Positions 49,801 to 62,702 of a stretch of DNA of 64,000 bases are shown in pieces. The translations under genes were made by a program, and so were the position numbers. Every line of letters starts with the position of its first letter. Position 1 is the first letter of the stretch. This DNA comes from Geosiphon pyriformis uo1 (taxonomy: Eukaryota > Fungi > Glomeromycota). The stretch is from positions 602,604 to 666,603 of the forward strand of contig JAAOMT010000226.1 in the NCBI GenBank assembly GCA_016748015.1. The letters run 5' to 3'. Below the pieces are notes generated by a model. It did not search any database. It saw nothing but the letters and a program-made list of their open reading frames with translations, and was not told the DNA's origin.

Positions 49801-52800
49801 TGGTTTAATAAGTTTGAATATTTAAAAAATAAGCAATCATCTAAGTTTTTCAAATTAGAGTTGTTAGTAACCAAAATTATGAATAGTTTAAATTCAAATC
49901 AAGATTTAAATACTGTTTATTTTATCAATACATAGATTAATATTGATAAAAAAAAGGCTTTTAAATTGCATATTATGATTGAAAATGATATAAGTTTAAA
50001 GAAAATTTTACATTATTTGTTAAGAATTAAGAATAAATACTATAAATTCAAGTATTATAAATTTAAAGTTGTTTAAGATGTTTTTATTAGAAAAGCTATT
50101 GATAAACATATAAAAAATCTTTGTTCTAATAAAAAAAAATGATTAAAAGTATTTTGGATTAGCCATTTCAAAAAGTGGTATTTAACTATTTGATAATTAA
50201 TAATAATTTGATTTTGGAGCCACATAAAATCAAGTCTATAATTAACATAATTATGGAAAAATAAATAAAAAATATGTAGTGTCAGATGCTTTATCTAAAG
50301 ATAGTCTAAACAATATGTTCTTTTGGATTATGTTAATAATAATGTTTTTTTAAAAATAATGTGTAATATTAAGTTTAATAAGTTTCTACAAGTTGTCAAA
50401 AATTTACTTGATAAAAAAGCTATTGGTCTTTTTGGTATTTTTAATAAGCTCTAAAACATAATAATATACAAGTTTTGGGTGGTTTATTAGACATTTTTAA
50501 TATATGCTTAGCATTAAATATGGTTTTTATACAATAGAAAAGAGTCTAAATTTCTATAATATCAAAGCCATATAATTGAGAAGGGATTTTTATAAATATC
50601 AGACCAATAGTTTTAATTGAAACAGCTTGAAAAATTTTATTTAAAATTCTTTTGAACAAAATTTTTTCAGTTTGTAATAATTTTGATATTTTGTATAATA
50701 ATAATTTTTCAGTTTTAAAAAACACATCTACCTAAACTTTGATTTTTGCTGTTGGTTTTATTATTAAAAATATATTAGAAAAAAACAAAAAATTGTGCCT
50801 AATTCTTCAGAACATGTGTAAAGCATACAATTCTGTTGGATGATATTATTTAAAAAACAGTTTAACTAAAATTAATATGTCTTTATTTTATTATATTTTT
50901 TAAAAGTATATACAATGATCAATTAATTAAGTAATAACAGATTTTGGATTTACAGAGAAGTATATTGTTTATAATAAACTAGATCAAGATAAAGTATTCT
51001 TGTCTCTGTTATAAAAAAATTTTTGCAAATCTTTGCTTTGTGAAGTTAAAAAACATAATAGTTTGTATAACTACAAATTGGATTCAAAAATTTTTATACA
51101 AACTGACAAATAAGATCTCAAAAATGACATAACATCTTTTCTGATAACAAAAACTTTTGTAAATGACACAATTTGGGTTAAGAATAGCATGATTCCTATT
51201 TAGCATATTCTGAACATAACTAGTAATTTTTTCAAATTAATAATATTTTAATAAATACAAATAAAATAATTGTCATATTTATTAATTGAAAAGTGGAAGT
51301 TTTTTATTTAGTAATAAATAGATTGAATATTTTAATAGCTAGAAAGAGTAAATTACATAAATACTTAGGCATTTTTTTGTTTACAGATAATCTTTTTATA
51401 CTAAGTCTTACTATGGCTTATTCAAATATTAAGTTTTTTACAAATCTGGTTTTGAAAAAAGCCATGTCTAACAAACAGTTTTTTTACTTGGTTTTGGTTG
51501 TTCTACAATTAATAGTTGGCTACAAATTACAATTTAGTCATATTTTGGTAAATATGTGTAAAAAGTAAGACAAAATATTAAAAAAAGAGCTCAAACTTAA
51601 GACCAATTTACCTAAAAATTTTCTCAATAAAGTCATTGCTTATTTTAAATTATATGATTTAAAATTATTTAAACAATTACAAGCCAAAAATTCTTTGGTA
51701 AATTTGGTAGTTTTTGCCAATTCGAAAAATATTCTTAATAGATTGTTTAAACATAGAGTTATGAATTTGCAAACTATTAGTTAAATGTTTTAACAATCTC
51801 TTTGCTTTTCAACTAATTTGTTAATTAATTCTATAAACTGTTTTCTAACTGATATGATCAATACTTTAGTATTGTATAAGTTATTTTTAAACAATAATCT
51901 GTTTAATGTTTTCTGAATTAATAGTAGTATTATTGTTGCAGATGTTTTAAACTTAAAACCATATTTAAATATAATAAGTTTACTAAAAAGATTTGGTATT
52001 ATTTTCACAAACCAGCTTTTGAATTGTTATGGTATGTATTTTATATAGAGTATATTTCACAAATAAAAAAAACTAAATTCCAAAAGTTCAATTCTTAGTT
52101 GGTTTAGTTTATTGGTCAAGTTTATTAAGAATAATAGTATAAATAATAATAATACTCTGGCTTCTTATTCTACTTCTGTTCAATGCTTGGGCAAATTTAG
52201 TTTTATTTGTAAGTATTTTTTGAAGAGTAAATTTAATAATGTAGTTGTTTATATAAATAATTCAATCAAAAGTTTGAAGTTTGTAAATGCTTGTGGTAGT
52301 GTTGTTGCCTTCTTTTTAAATATTAATATAAGTGTAAAAGTTAGAGTAAATAGCTTGCTTTTTTTAATTTTGATGAAACTGCAGACTATTACTCATGTTT
52401 TGAAATGTGTTTTTGTGTTTAACTTAGTTGTATTATTTACAAATAGCCAAACATTATTGGATATAAGTGTTTTAATTAGAAAAAATATCAGTTCTGATTT
52501 TTGCAATAAATGCTAAATAAAGAAAAAACATATTTGTCATATCATTAAATCAAAAAATCTGTTAGTTAATTGGAACAAAGTTAAAAGTTATTTTAAGGTC
52601 ATTAGCAATAAGCGGACTGATTTTTTTGCTAATGCTATTACTGTGTTTAATTTTATGCTACTTATTAAAATGTTATATTACTTTCTTATTGTTAAAAACA
52701 AATCTGTCTTTGAAAATGTTCACTATTTTGTTAAGCATCTTTTTGAAACAATTAGTTTTGTTGGTTGAGATTCTAAATATGCTGATAATGTTGTAAATAA

Positions 52801-53550
52801 ATCTTTATGTAATCTTATTAATATGTGTAAAATCTTTAATATATAGTATTTTAATGATTAAATTTATTCAGATTTTACCAGCTTAGTTTCTGTAATACTT
52901 TAGTCTTACTTTATAAAAACTTTATACTGCTGATTGCTTATAGCTAAAAAAAAAAATTATATAATTTAAATTATTCTAGTATATTGTGCATTTGATGTAG
53001 ATTAGTTAAGAACTCTGATTATATGTTTTCTTATATTTATAATAACTATGCCAAATTGGATTTAATTTCAAAAATTATTGAAATATAAACTGGTTTGTTA
53101 GATGTCTGTGCTATTAAAAATATAGTAATTTAGTCTTTATATAAAGCCAAATCTTTTAATTGTTTATATATATTGCTGGCCAAAAGCTTTGTAATGAGAA
53201 AGTAAATAACAGATACAGTATGCTTATTAGATGGCAGATCTGATAATGTATTGTTGATTATCAATTTGATCTGGGGTTTTGTTAAGAATTACAGATCTAT
53301 CATGTAATTGCCAATTGTTAAACTGAGAGTGTATTATAAAAAGCATGATTTTTTGCCATATAATGAATTTGTAATTCTAACAATATCTGACTTGGTATTT
53401 ATATAATTTCTTAAATGATTTATGATTTTGGTTTTAAATTAGATGTCCATATTTGTTTTGGTTTATATCTTTGTTTATCCAGTGTATATTTTAGTTTTTT
53501 GTGTAATATTATTAGTTTTGAAAAAAAATTTATAATACAATATTTACATC
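46870..53550 (+). mobile_element. Full-length but dead LINE retrotransposon: ORF1 (~47031-48859) and ORF2 (~48859-53500; APE endonuclease, RT, RNase H, CCHC finger). Ends approximate.
   Basis: Degenerate motifs in the expected order: KIAICNV/TKTKL, SENFNE (GDFNE), VINFIFV (IDFIFV), TNYK (TDH), RPIVLIETA*K (50601), QNMCKAYNSV (DMRKAYDSV, 50808), LDQDKVFLS (GLDQGEVxSP), FVNDT (FVDD, 51156), KYLGI, VYINNS (YTDGS), TNSQ (TDSQ), WNKVKSYFKVISNKRTD (WxKVKGHSGxxGNERAD) and CI*C....DYMF. Confidence 0.9.
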
Positions 53551-56174
53551 TAATATATTTTTATTTTTTAACTTTAATAATATAACTTTATATCTATATT
53601 TTTATGTGGTTTTTTAATTTCATAATAGAATTATTAGAATAAATATGTTTAATAATTATTTAAAATAATAAATCCAAATAAGTTGTAATCCAAATGAAAT
53701 AAAATGATTGAAAATTAATTAATGTAATAAAAAACACAATTTAATTTAAAATTTAAAAAATATAGGATATATAATATTTACAATATGAAAAGTATTTTAT
53801 AATGCAGAATTAAATAAAATGTGGTTTATAAAAAATTTATAAATAGAATTAAAAGATATTTATTTAAAAATATATATTAAACTTATTGTTTTTTTTTTGC
53901 TAACAGCCAATAAACTTATAATAAACAAAATAAAAAATACTGTTAAATATTATAATATATATTTTAATAAATCGTACCTAGCTTAATTTTTTATTAACAA
54001 GGTTATAATTGGAATTTTTATTGATAAAATGATAGATTAATTTATCAAAATTTTTAAATAAACAAAATAAACAAATTTTTTTTTTGAAATTAATATTAAC
54101 GAATGATTTATTTATATTTATTTTTTATTTCCATTTAATCAAAAACCATAAATTATTAAGTTATATTTTTTTTATCAATCTTATTAATAGTAATTTATTT
54201 TTATTTTAAAAAATTTTATATAAAGTATAATTAATCAAACATGTTTTGTGTGGTATTTTTTTATTTTTATCATATTTTTGCAGTTTTTAAATTGATAATA
54301 TTTATTATTATCTTTATTACTGAGTTATGATGTTTTTTACATTAAGAAATTAACATTTCATATTATTTAAAAAATATATTTATTTAATTTAATTTTTAAT
54401 AATGTATTTATAAATATTTATAAATATTTTTTTACATTGAATATCTATTAATTAAAAAGTTATTGAAAACTTTCTAATAATTTACTTGTAAAAAAATTAT
54501 TAATTTGTTGAATAAGCATAAAATTATAAAATTAACAAACTTTTAAATTATTAAAGACCAGTTGAACATAATTTAAGACTGAGTTTTTTTATTACTTATG
54601 TTGTTGAATTAATCTGTTCACAATCTTTATACAAGTATTTTCTCATTTTAGTTTTTCCTGTAATCAAACCACTTATATTAATTTGTTAGTCAAAAAATTT
54701 AACTGTAAGTTCATAAGAATCATTCTATAAATAAAATTTGCATAATCTCCATATCACATTGTACAATCCAAACTTCAATATCTTAAAGTCTCTTTTAATT
54801 TAATTTGACTTGAAATGTATTATTGGAGTCATCATATCTATTAAAAATCAATTGATACATAGTGTTACAAAATGAGTATTTTGAATTGAAGCTGGATGTA
54901 AATTTATAAGAAAAAACCGACAGAAATTAAAAAATCATACAATAGGTCAATATTTGCATTTCTCGTAAATTGATTCAAAATCTTTGACAATTCACAAAAT
55001 AAATTTAAATTTTTAAAAGATTGAAAAATATATATGATTATATAAAAGTATAAGAATGAGGTTGTAGCAATTTGCAAATTAGAAAAAAATAAATCATATT
55101 TATGCAGAATTAATGTAACGTTTTATTGCTTCAAATACTTAAATGATGTTGACAAAGTCGACCCAAAAAATAATTTAGCTCTCACAAAATGGGTTTTCTC
55201 TAATAGTTAAAATACAAGAATTGATTTTGAATGTAAAATCAACATCTTACTGGTTTTATTGTGAAGTGGTAAACTATAATTAAAATTATGAACTAAAAAA
55301 ATTTTTCGTCTCCTGAATCTAGTTTAATATAATTTCACAACTATCGCGTAATTTCTGTTTACATTTAAGGATCAACTCCTGGGAATTCAATGTAATACCA
55401 AATTGTAGTTAGTTCTTTGTTCTTATCATTTTCTATTAAAAATTATGCAGTCAGCTGAGATTTTCCACGAACCTTCCTTTTACAATTTTTAAAAATTTCC
55501 TTTTTCCGTCCAACCGCTTGATCTAAAACTCGTTCCTTGAGAAAAATCATGTTTGATTCACTTATCTTTTTTAGAAAGTTAAAAAGAACCATAATTATTT
55601 TTAAATGAACTTTGAAACAATGAAAAGCTTTATGAAATCTAAACATAGAGGCTTTTCGATCTCAGCGGCCATCGAACGCAAAAAAAAAAATTCTCAATTT
55701 TATGAGGTCATAATTGCATTCTTTTTACAAAAATAACTTTTTCCATACAAGTTTCATGATTTGGAAGCAAAATGACAGAATCAAACATCGTGAAAATCCC
55801 CTTAGAAAACGAGTCTACGGCGAAAGGTATGAACGAATCGACACATAATTATGAAAAAGTCAATAATTAATATCAGGTTTTCGAAGAAGTCTTCAATATT
55901 TTGATTATCACGCATTTGGGCCCTCATTGATTATGATTTGGAAAAAGTTGAAATGAGAAACACTCCAGAAATATATTTTGTGATTTTCTTCAGAAAATCA
56001 TTTAATCTTTCAATGAAGTAAAAAAATATTTCATTCATTCGAGAAATTTGTATTTACATTATTACTGAAGAAAAGTTTAAAAAAATTGGTTCGAATGTCC
56101 GCTAGAATCTGAGGTGATGAATAAATTAAACTCAATGTATTTCATTTCAGATTTCATTATATAGTTATCCCATG

Positions 56175-57269
56175 TTAAACGCAGATTTCCATGCTTCTGG
56201 CCCGAATAAGCTCTGCAATGCCTTCCATACCACCCCAATTAAAGATCGCTCTCATCCTCGGTTCATCCACCGCTTCATTCCAATTCTTGAGGGCAAAAGC
56301 CAATGCACCATTTTTCAAAACCTCATCTTCATAATTGCAGCCTAAAATAAACAAGGTCTGCCAATTCTTGGAGTCAACATTACGAATTAATTCTCTATTC
56401 GCGAGTTTGGCCAATTGTGGGAGTTTATTTTTGTAAGCTTCTGCATATAGTTCAGCGAGATGGGAGCGTGGAAAGAATCGGTCCATTTGTTCGGTATAAA
56501 GGTAAAATAATATGGCTCGGAATGTGACGAATGTGACGCCATCAATTTGAATTATTTTCCTTTGACTTGCGTTCCATTCCCCGACTAACATTCGTTTGAA
56601 CCAAATTGATCGTGATGCCAGTACGAATTGATGGGCTTTCAAAGTATTACCGTCTTTGAAGCTAAATTCAATGTCAGATAGCTTATTTTCACCAAAATAT
56701 TTGGTAAAGTTTGAATCAACTGGTTTGTACTTGTGGGTTTTGGCTGAGTACTTCCTGGCGCCGTTACAATTCCAGATCTTGACCCGAATCATGAAATCGA
56801 TATTGACTTTATCCCAGTCGCTCGAATTGTTTTGGTCGAATTCAGGATTGAGACAATAAAAGTTGTGTTTACCAGTATTATTTACTACAACTCCATGTGG
56901 AAGAGTAATTTTTCTTCTGTCCATTTTCGCCAGTGGTTTCAATTCCTCCTTACAATAAAGATTTTGCTGGCCTGGGTTTAACTTAAATAATTCTAGAGAC
57001 ATTTCAAATTGACTGACATTATAAGATTGTGGCCTTTCTTCGTCATTATGGAAAGGCCTTAGAAATATTCCGATTGAATTACTTTTTATCTTTGGTTTGA
57101 TAATTAAACGCCATAAGGAAGGCACTGAAGTAGCTGGTGAAGAAAAAACCTCGCTATAAATAATCTGGTTTCTTCGTATCAATGGATATAGGTGTTGAAA
57201 TTCTTTCAGAGTCCACTCATAGGTGAAGGTAGGTTCATTGATATTTTCGCTAACGCTCAAATTATTCAT
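56175..57269 (-). CDS. MATH/TRAF-like plus BTB domain protein (SPOP-like Cul3 adaptor), intronless; likely start ATG 57269
   Basis: FTYEWTLKEF...YSEVFSS...LWRLIIKP...IGIFL is MATH-like. SDIEFSF...LKAHQFVLASRSIWFKRML...TFRAILFYLYT is BTB. The upstream ORF extension is a T-rich UTR-like stretch. Confidence 0.88.
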   Translation of the reverse strand: MNNLSVSENINEPTFTYEWTLKEFQHLYPLIRRNQIIYSEVFSSPATSVPSLWRLIIKPKIKSNSIGIFLRPFHNDEERPQSYNVSQFEMSLELFKLNPGQQNLYCKEELKPLAKMDRRKITLPHGVVVNNTGKHNFYCLNPEFDQNNSSDWDKVNIDFMIRVKIWNCNGARKYSAKTHKYKPVDSNFTKYFGENKLSDIEFSFKDGNTLKAHQFVLASRSIWFKRMLVGEWNASQRKIIQIDGVTFVTFRAILFYLYTEQMDRFFPRSHLAELYAEAYKNKLPQLAKLANRELIRNVDSKNWQTLFILGCNYEDEVLKNGALAFALKNWNEAVDEPRMRAIFNWGGMEGIAELIRARSMEICV

Positions 57270-58479
57270 TTTGTTAATGAGACTCAAAAGAAAGAAAAAA
57301 AAAAAAGACAATCTTTTAACCAACAATTCAAATGATAAAAGATATGACCCGTTTCTGACTGGCTTCTTAACCAGTTTTTTCAAGAACCTGTTAATTCTGA
57401 AAATTTAAATCATTTCATTTTGTGGCGCAAAGCCGCTTTACCCCTATTCGTTTGTTGAATCATTGCTAGTTCCAAGATTCTGAGAAGAAAAAAAAAAGAT
57501 ACCATTATCGTTGAATGGAAAGTTTCTAAAAATAAACAAAAGATCACGACATTTGATTATAGAAACTACCCCTGATTTATTGGTTAAAAAATCATTGCTT
57601 TTGATTAACAGTCAAAAATTAAAAAATTTATCCCAATTGTTGAATTTAGCTATTGGTTTATTCTATTTTGATGCTGATGTAACATCTATTTATGCCAAAA
57701 CTGGTCAGAGTGCATTATTGACCCATATGGCATATGATTGCCATTCTCATTGCCAGAAGAGATAATTAATGAACACTAAGAATTTCAAATATCAGGAAAA
57801 AACAAAGAACACTATGCTCCTTCGGGACTTCTTTGACTCCAAAAAATCCGTTTCTTTGAGTTTTTAAATTTTTTATAAGTAATGGTATACATTGTTTAAC
57901 TGATTTATATAATTGTTGATGAGAAAAAATTTTCAGGGCCAATTTAAATTATAAATCATTAATCCCACTAAGAGGTCCTTGTCTCAAAATCTTGTTTGTC
58001 CCAACTAAATGAGTTAAAGACTTTGCTTGAAAATTTATCATTCATGTGATTTCCGGAAACTTGCGCAAAAATCAGGGAGCTTTGAATTTGAGTAGTAATC
58101 ATTACCTAATCCTGAAAACTGGAAATGAATATCAATTCAGGAAACAAAAATTCTCGATTCATAAAAAAGTATGATCATTTCAAAGGGCAAAGACCCACGT
58201 TGTTTTCCCTTGGTTAATACAACTTTCGTTGAATAATACTTTTCAAAAATGAATTTTATTGCAGATTTTAAAAATCGAGCCCAAATTCTGTTAAAAGATT
58301 TTAGCTATATTTTTCTAGCTTTGGGAAATTCCAAAAAAATTTATAACATGATCATTTGCATCAATTTTCCCTAAAAACTTATACCAACACCTCGCTCTTA
58401 AGCAATTTACACTTCCTATTTAAAGCTCATATCGCTTAGTTAATATTGCCACACTATGAAAATCAAAAGTTAGCGCATA

Positions 58480-58997
58480 TTAAACGAAAGCCAACAAAGC
58501 GGCGGCAACACCCATAGCTGCAGCCCCGATAGCACCTTGACCATATTTCAAAACTGGGGCGGCGTTCGTTGGGGTAGGATAACGGCGCGTTCCACTAAAA
58601 AGATTCATTTGAAAAAAAACAAGATTTATCAGATATGCTGGTCTTCAATCAATATGACTGGTAATAGATGTATTTAGAATTGAGCACCCACGTGGTAGTT
58701 TGGGACGTAACAGTGGTAGTACCAGTGAGAGTGGTCGATGTTGCCGTAGCAGTTAAGGTGGTGGTTGTCGGGCTTGTGGTCACAGTCGAGATGCCTGTGC
58801 TCGTAGTTGTAGTTATGGCCTGAAAATAGGTTATCGTTATTTCTGTCTTTCTTTTTATTTTTGTCAATTTGCTATAATTAATTTAACACTCAATTTACAA
58901 CGGTGGTTGAAGTTAGATCCTGAGCGTGGACAACCATGCCCAAAGCAAATGCAATGAAGAAAATAGCAAACAGAGCAACGGATCTAGCGGATTTCAT
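58480..58997 (-). CDS. Small (113 aa) secreted Thr-rich protein with a predicted GPI-anchor signal; exons 58997-58899, 58819-58692, 58594-58480
   Basis: Signal peptide MKSARSVALFAIFFIAFALGMVVHA, Thr/Ser-rich middle, and a PTNAA candidate omega site before the hydrophobic tail GAIGAAAMGVAAALLAFV*. Two in-phase GT-AG introns. Confidence 0.85.
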
Positions 58998-60855
58998 GCT
59001 GGCTTTGATGATTTTGAGATAAATATTAAAAAAAAATGGGACGAATGTTTTGCCAAAGTAGAATCTAAAAAAAATTTCTATATTTGCTTCGACTCTTAGT
59101 ATTTTTTGATTCGAATAAGAATGAAGAAAGAGGAAACTCCAGTTTCCTTTATACTGTTCCCTTATCGTTTTTCATTAAATATATCAGGACATGGATTCCA
59201 TTATTATTACAAATATAAGGATAAATCTTGTGATAAATCATTTGAAGATGCGCCTAAAATCCTTTTGATCAATCGAAAGATTTAATTAACAGTAACTTGG
59301 CACTTGTAAAGCTTAGAGCTTCTTTCTTTCAAAAATTTATCAAAAACTGCAATAATTTTGACAACAGGCCATTGAAATGTTCTAAGTTTGATAAAGTTCG
59401 ATTCTCCGGGGCTTGAATCTTTGACGATCCACTAGAATCATTTCTCAAATTTTTACATTTTGACGCTGTTTGGTTTAAATAAATAAAGCAAATTTGAAAT
59501 GGCCAAAATCGTGAACACCCATTTTATTTCTTAATCTGTAAAAATTTCTTTTTCAATAGGCTTCTTTCAAAAGTTGATTTTGCTTAATTCAATTTAATCT
59601 TTCGCTTTCTTTAAAAACTGACCATGGTCCAATACACCTTGTTTAGGTCAAGAATGTGAAAACCTTAAATGATTTTACTCATGTCAAAATTACTTTATAG
59701 CTTTTCTCTATATAAGCGAAACTATATTTTCCAGGGTAGAAGGGATCATCTGCTTTTAGATATCAGAAATCGGTTTTTTATTGTAATCTGATATTTTTTT
59801 ATTTCTATTTGGAAAAGCAAGTAATATTTTCAAAGCGAGCGAATTTGTGAATTTAAAAATCACAACGTTATCTTCAATTGAGTAAATTCCCATTTAAAAA
59901 TTTCATTCTATCTCAATATTAAAAACCCCTAAGGTACCCTCGAAATAATTGATATTTAAACGATGTTCTACACAAATTTTTTATCATTTAAATTTTATGA
60001 ACAATCTATATAGATTTCAAAATTTTCTAGGGCACATACCCATAATGCAAAAGATTATTATGGTGTGGCCAGGTATCGCATCCAGCGAGCCTATATAAAG
60101 AGTGAAAATGGGAGAGTTAGATATTTACGCAATTAAAGAAAATATATGAGATTTATATCAAGCAACCAAGGTCAAAAAGATATTCGAAGGAAATCTTAGT
60201 TTAAAAACATAGGAATCCTCTTTCTAATCAAAATCAAAACTTTTGAAATGATTATTGGATCAAATAGATTCGCAAAAAAGACTAAACGATTTACTAATGA
60301 GATATTCACGTTCCGTCTTTGTTAGACCAAAGGAGCTACCAAACCACTCAAGTTTTTGATCTAAAACTAGGACTACATCCTCAAAGCATTTCTGAATTAA
60401 CTTTTTGAGTAAATACAAATTCTTTATTGAAAAAGCTGGTTAGAAAAGGCCTCGCTAAAAATTCAAATATAAACATTGAGTAGAAATATTGGATTTTTAT
60501 CTTTGATATTACAAAAATTTTCTATATATTGTCTATAAAAATGTCGATTGAGAAAAATATAAATACATTTGTCACTAATATCTTTTAGGCACCAAATAAA
60601 AAATTTCGTTTCCACCATTGAAATTACATGAACAAGAAAATAAATCTTTAGCAGCATCTTTGTCGACAACAATAATCTCATTATTATCTATTTATAAAAT
60701 TTGCAACCCAAGTATTATCAAATATGATTTTTCTGGAAATCAATTATAAGCTTTTAAATGATGGCCATGTATAAGAAGAATCTATAAATTGAATAGAAAA
60801 GGAGAACATGTGATACTGATTTAGTTTAGGATTAGATTGAATTTAGGTTTTTTGC

Positions 60856-60890
60856 AATAATCAAGCATTGCATAGCAATGCTTGATTATT
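60856..60890. repeat. Perfect 16-bp inverted repeat with a 3-nt loop
   Basis: AATAATCAAGCATTGC-ATA-GCAATGCTTGATTATT. Confidence 0.9.
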
Positions 60891-62702
60891 TCCTACATGG
60901 TTACTGTAGGACCAAGAAAAAGATCTCTCAACCGACATTTTCATCTCTATCCATCACAACTCCAGCAGTTATAAGCTGGTTCTTTAGATGTTGCCACATC
61001 TACTACAAATCTTGGATGTGTAAGCTTTGTTCTGAATAATAACACAACTCCTTAATTCCTTGGCCTTGCTGATCAGGCATTGTCAAAAGCAATAACTCAC
61101 TCAAAAAAGCATTTTTCAACAGTTTTCATGTAATCTTCTTGTCTTACAATTTACCATGTTTGACACATTAAAAAGAAGAATGACAATCGTATCAAATTTG
61201 CAGGTTAAAATTAATATCTGACTTAATGTTATTGGAAAAAAACATTCTTTGTATTAAAAACATAAACATAAAAATTTATTTTTGATGACCATAATATTAG
61301 CATTTAGAAAAAGTTGACTTAAAAATATTTGCTAAGTTAATTAACAATAAATTTTTTTATAATCATATAAAATAAAGAAACAAAATTAGATATTAGATAT
61401 TAAATAATAATGCAATATTTTATAAGTTTAAAAAAATAAATTTACAATTTAAAACAATTGCTTTTAAAATTAATTATACTTTAAACAATATTTAAAATTA
61501 TGTAAAAATTATTTTATTTTAAAGTTAAATCCTAAAATGCTTATTTGAATATTTTGAATAAAATATTTGTTAAATATTTTTCTTAATTATGTATTTATAT
61601 TGGCACTTTATCAAATTAAAATAACTTGATTAAAGTAAGTTAAATATATTTATTATTATTATTATATATATAATTATTTAACAATTAATTTAAAACTTGA
61701 AACATATTTTATTAAAATTATTTGAATAATTTAATTTGTTAAATTTACCAATTTTTAGCACTTAATTGATTTTAAGTGTATAAATATAAAAATTTTATCA
61801 GATTAAATTTCAACATACATAAACAAACTTCTATTTTTAAATATACATAATTACAAAAATTAATATTGCTAAATAAATTTATATAAAAATTTCTTTAATA
61901 TAACATAAATTCACATATGTTTTTATGTTAAAACAGCTAAAAAGATATTTTGTTATTTTGTTATCAATAAGTTTATTTTATATATTTTTATTTATGTTAT
62001 TAATAATGTATGCTAAATTAATAATAAAAAGTATAATGTTAAACTTAAAAGTTTTAAAAGTGGTTACAATCTAGAATCTTATTTAAAATATTAATAATAA
62101 ATGAAGTTAAATAGGTTTTTTACTCAAAAATAAATTGACAATATTGCTGTTTTTTTATATGCTGTATTAAATAATGTAAACTGAATTGTATTTTATTTTT
62201 AGTATTTTATATATTAATAATATTATGAAAATAAAAATATTTTAATCTTGTTTAAAATTGTTAAAGGCTTTGACTAATAATTTATAAGCTGTTTTGTTAA
62301 TATGTTTTACGAATCTATTTATTTGTAAATAATAAAACAAATATAAAGATTTTTCTATTTAGTTTTTTGGTTAAAGAATAATTTAATTAAAATTAATAAT
62401 ATTTTTAAAAATAAAATTCATTATAAATTTCGCTTTTGCTTTTTAAATAATTTTAGCTATAAGTTATTTTGTAAAATAATTTTCTATAACTGCTATATAA
62501 CAATTTTTTAGCTTTAATTAGCAAAAATTTAATTAAATTAAGAAGTTTTATGGATTTTGTTTTTTAACAAATGTTACAAGAATGAATATGTTTTTTATAT
62601 ATAAGATTAAAAATCATGTTTTCAAGTTTCCAAACTAGTTTTTCAATAATTTTTTTTGAATTTTTAAAGTTTAATAATAATAAAGTATTCTTTACATCAA
62701 TG

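Noticed and set aside
46887-52516. Many short I/L/F/K/N-rich ORFs
   Set aside because: Fragments of the mutated LINE or chance ORFs in AT-rich DNA, not independent genes.
59390-59420. GTTCGATTCTC B-box-like motif suggesting a tRNA
   Set aside because: No T-stem, acceptor stem or A-box; no cloverleaf can be built.
60030-60210. Coding-like stretch after TTTTCTAG (HNAKDYYGVARYRIQ...)
   Set aside because: Interrupted by stops and no recognisable homology; not enough to call a pseudogene.
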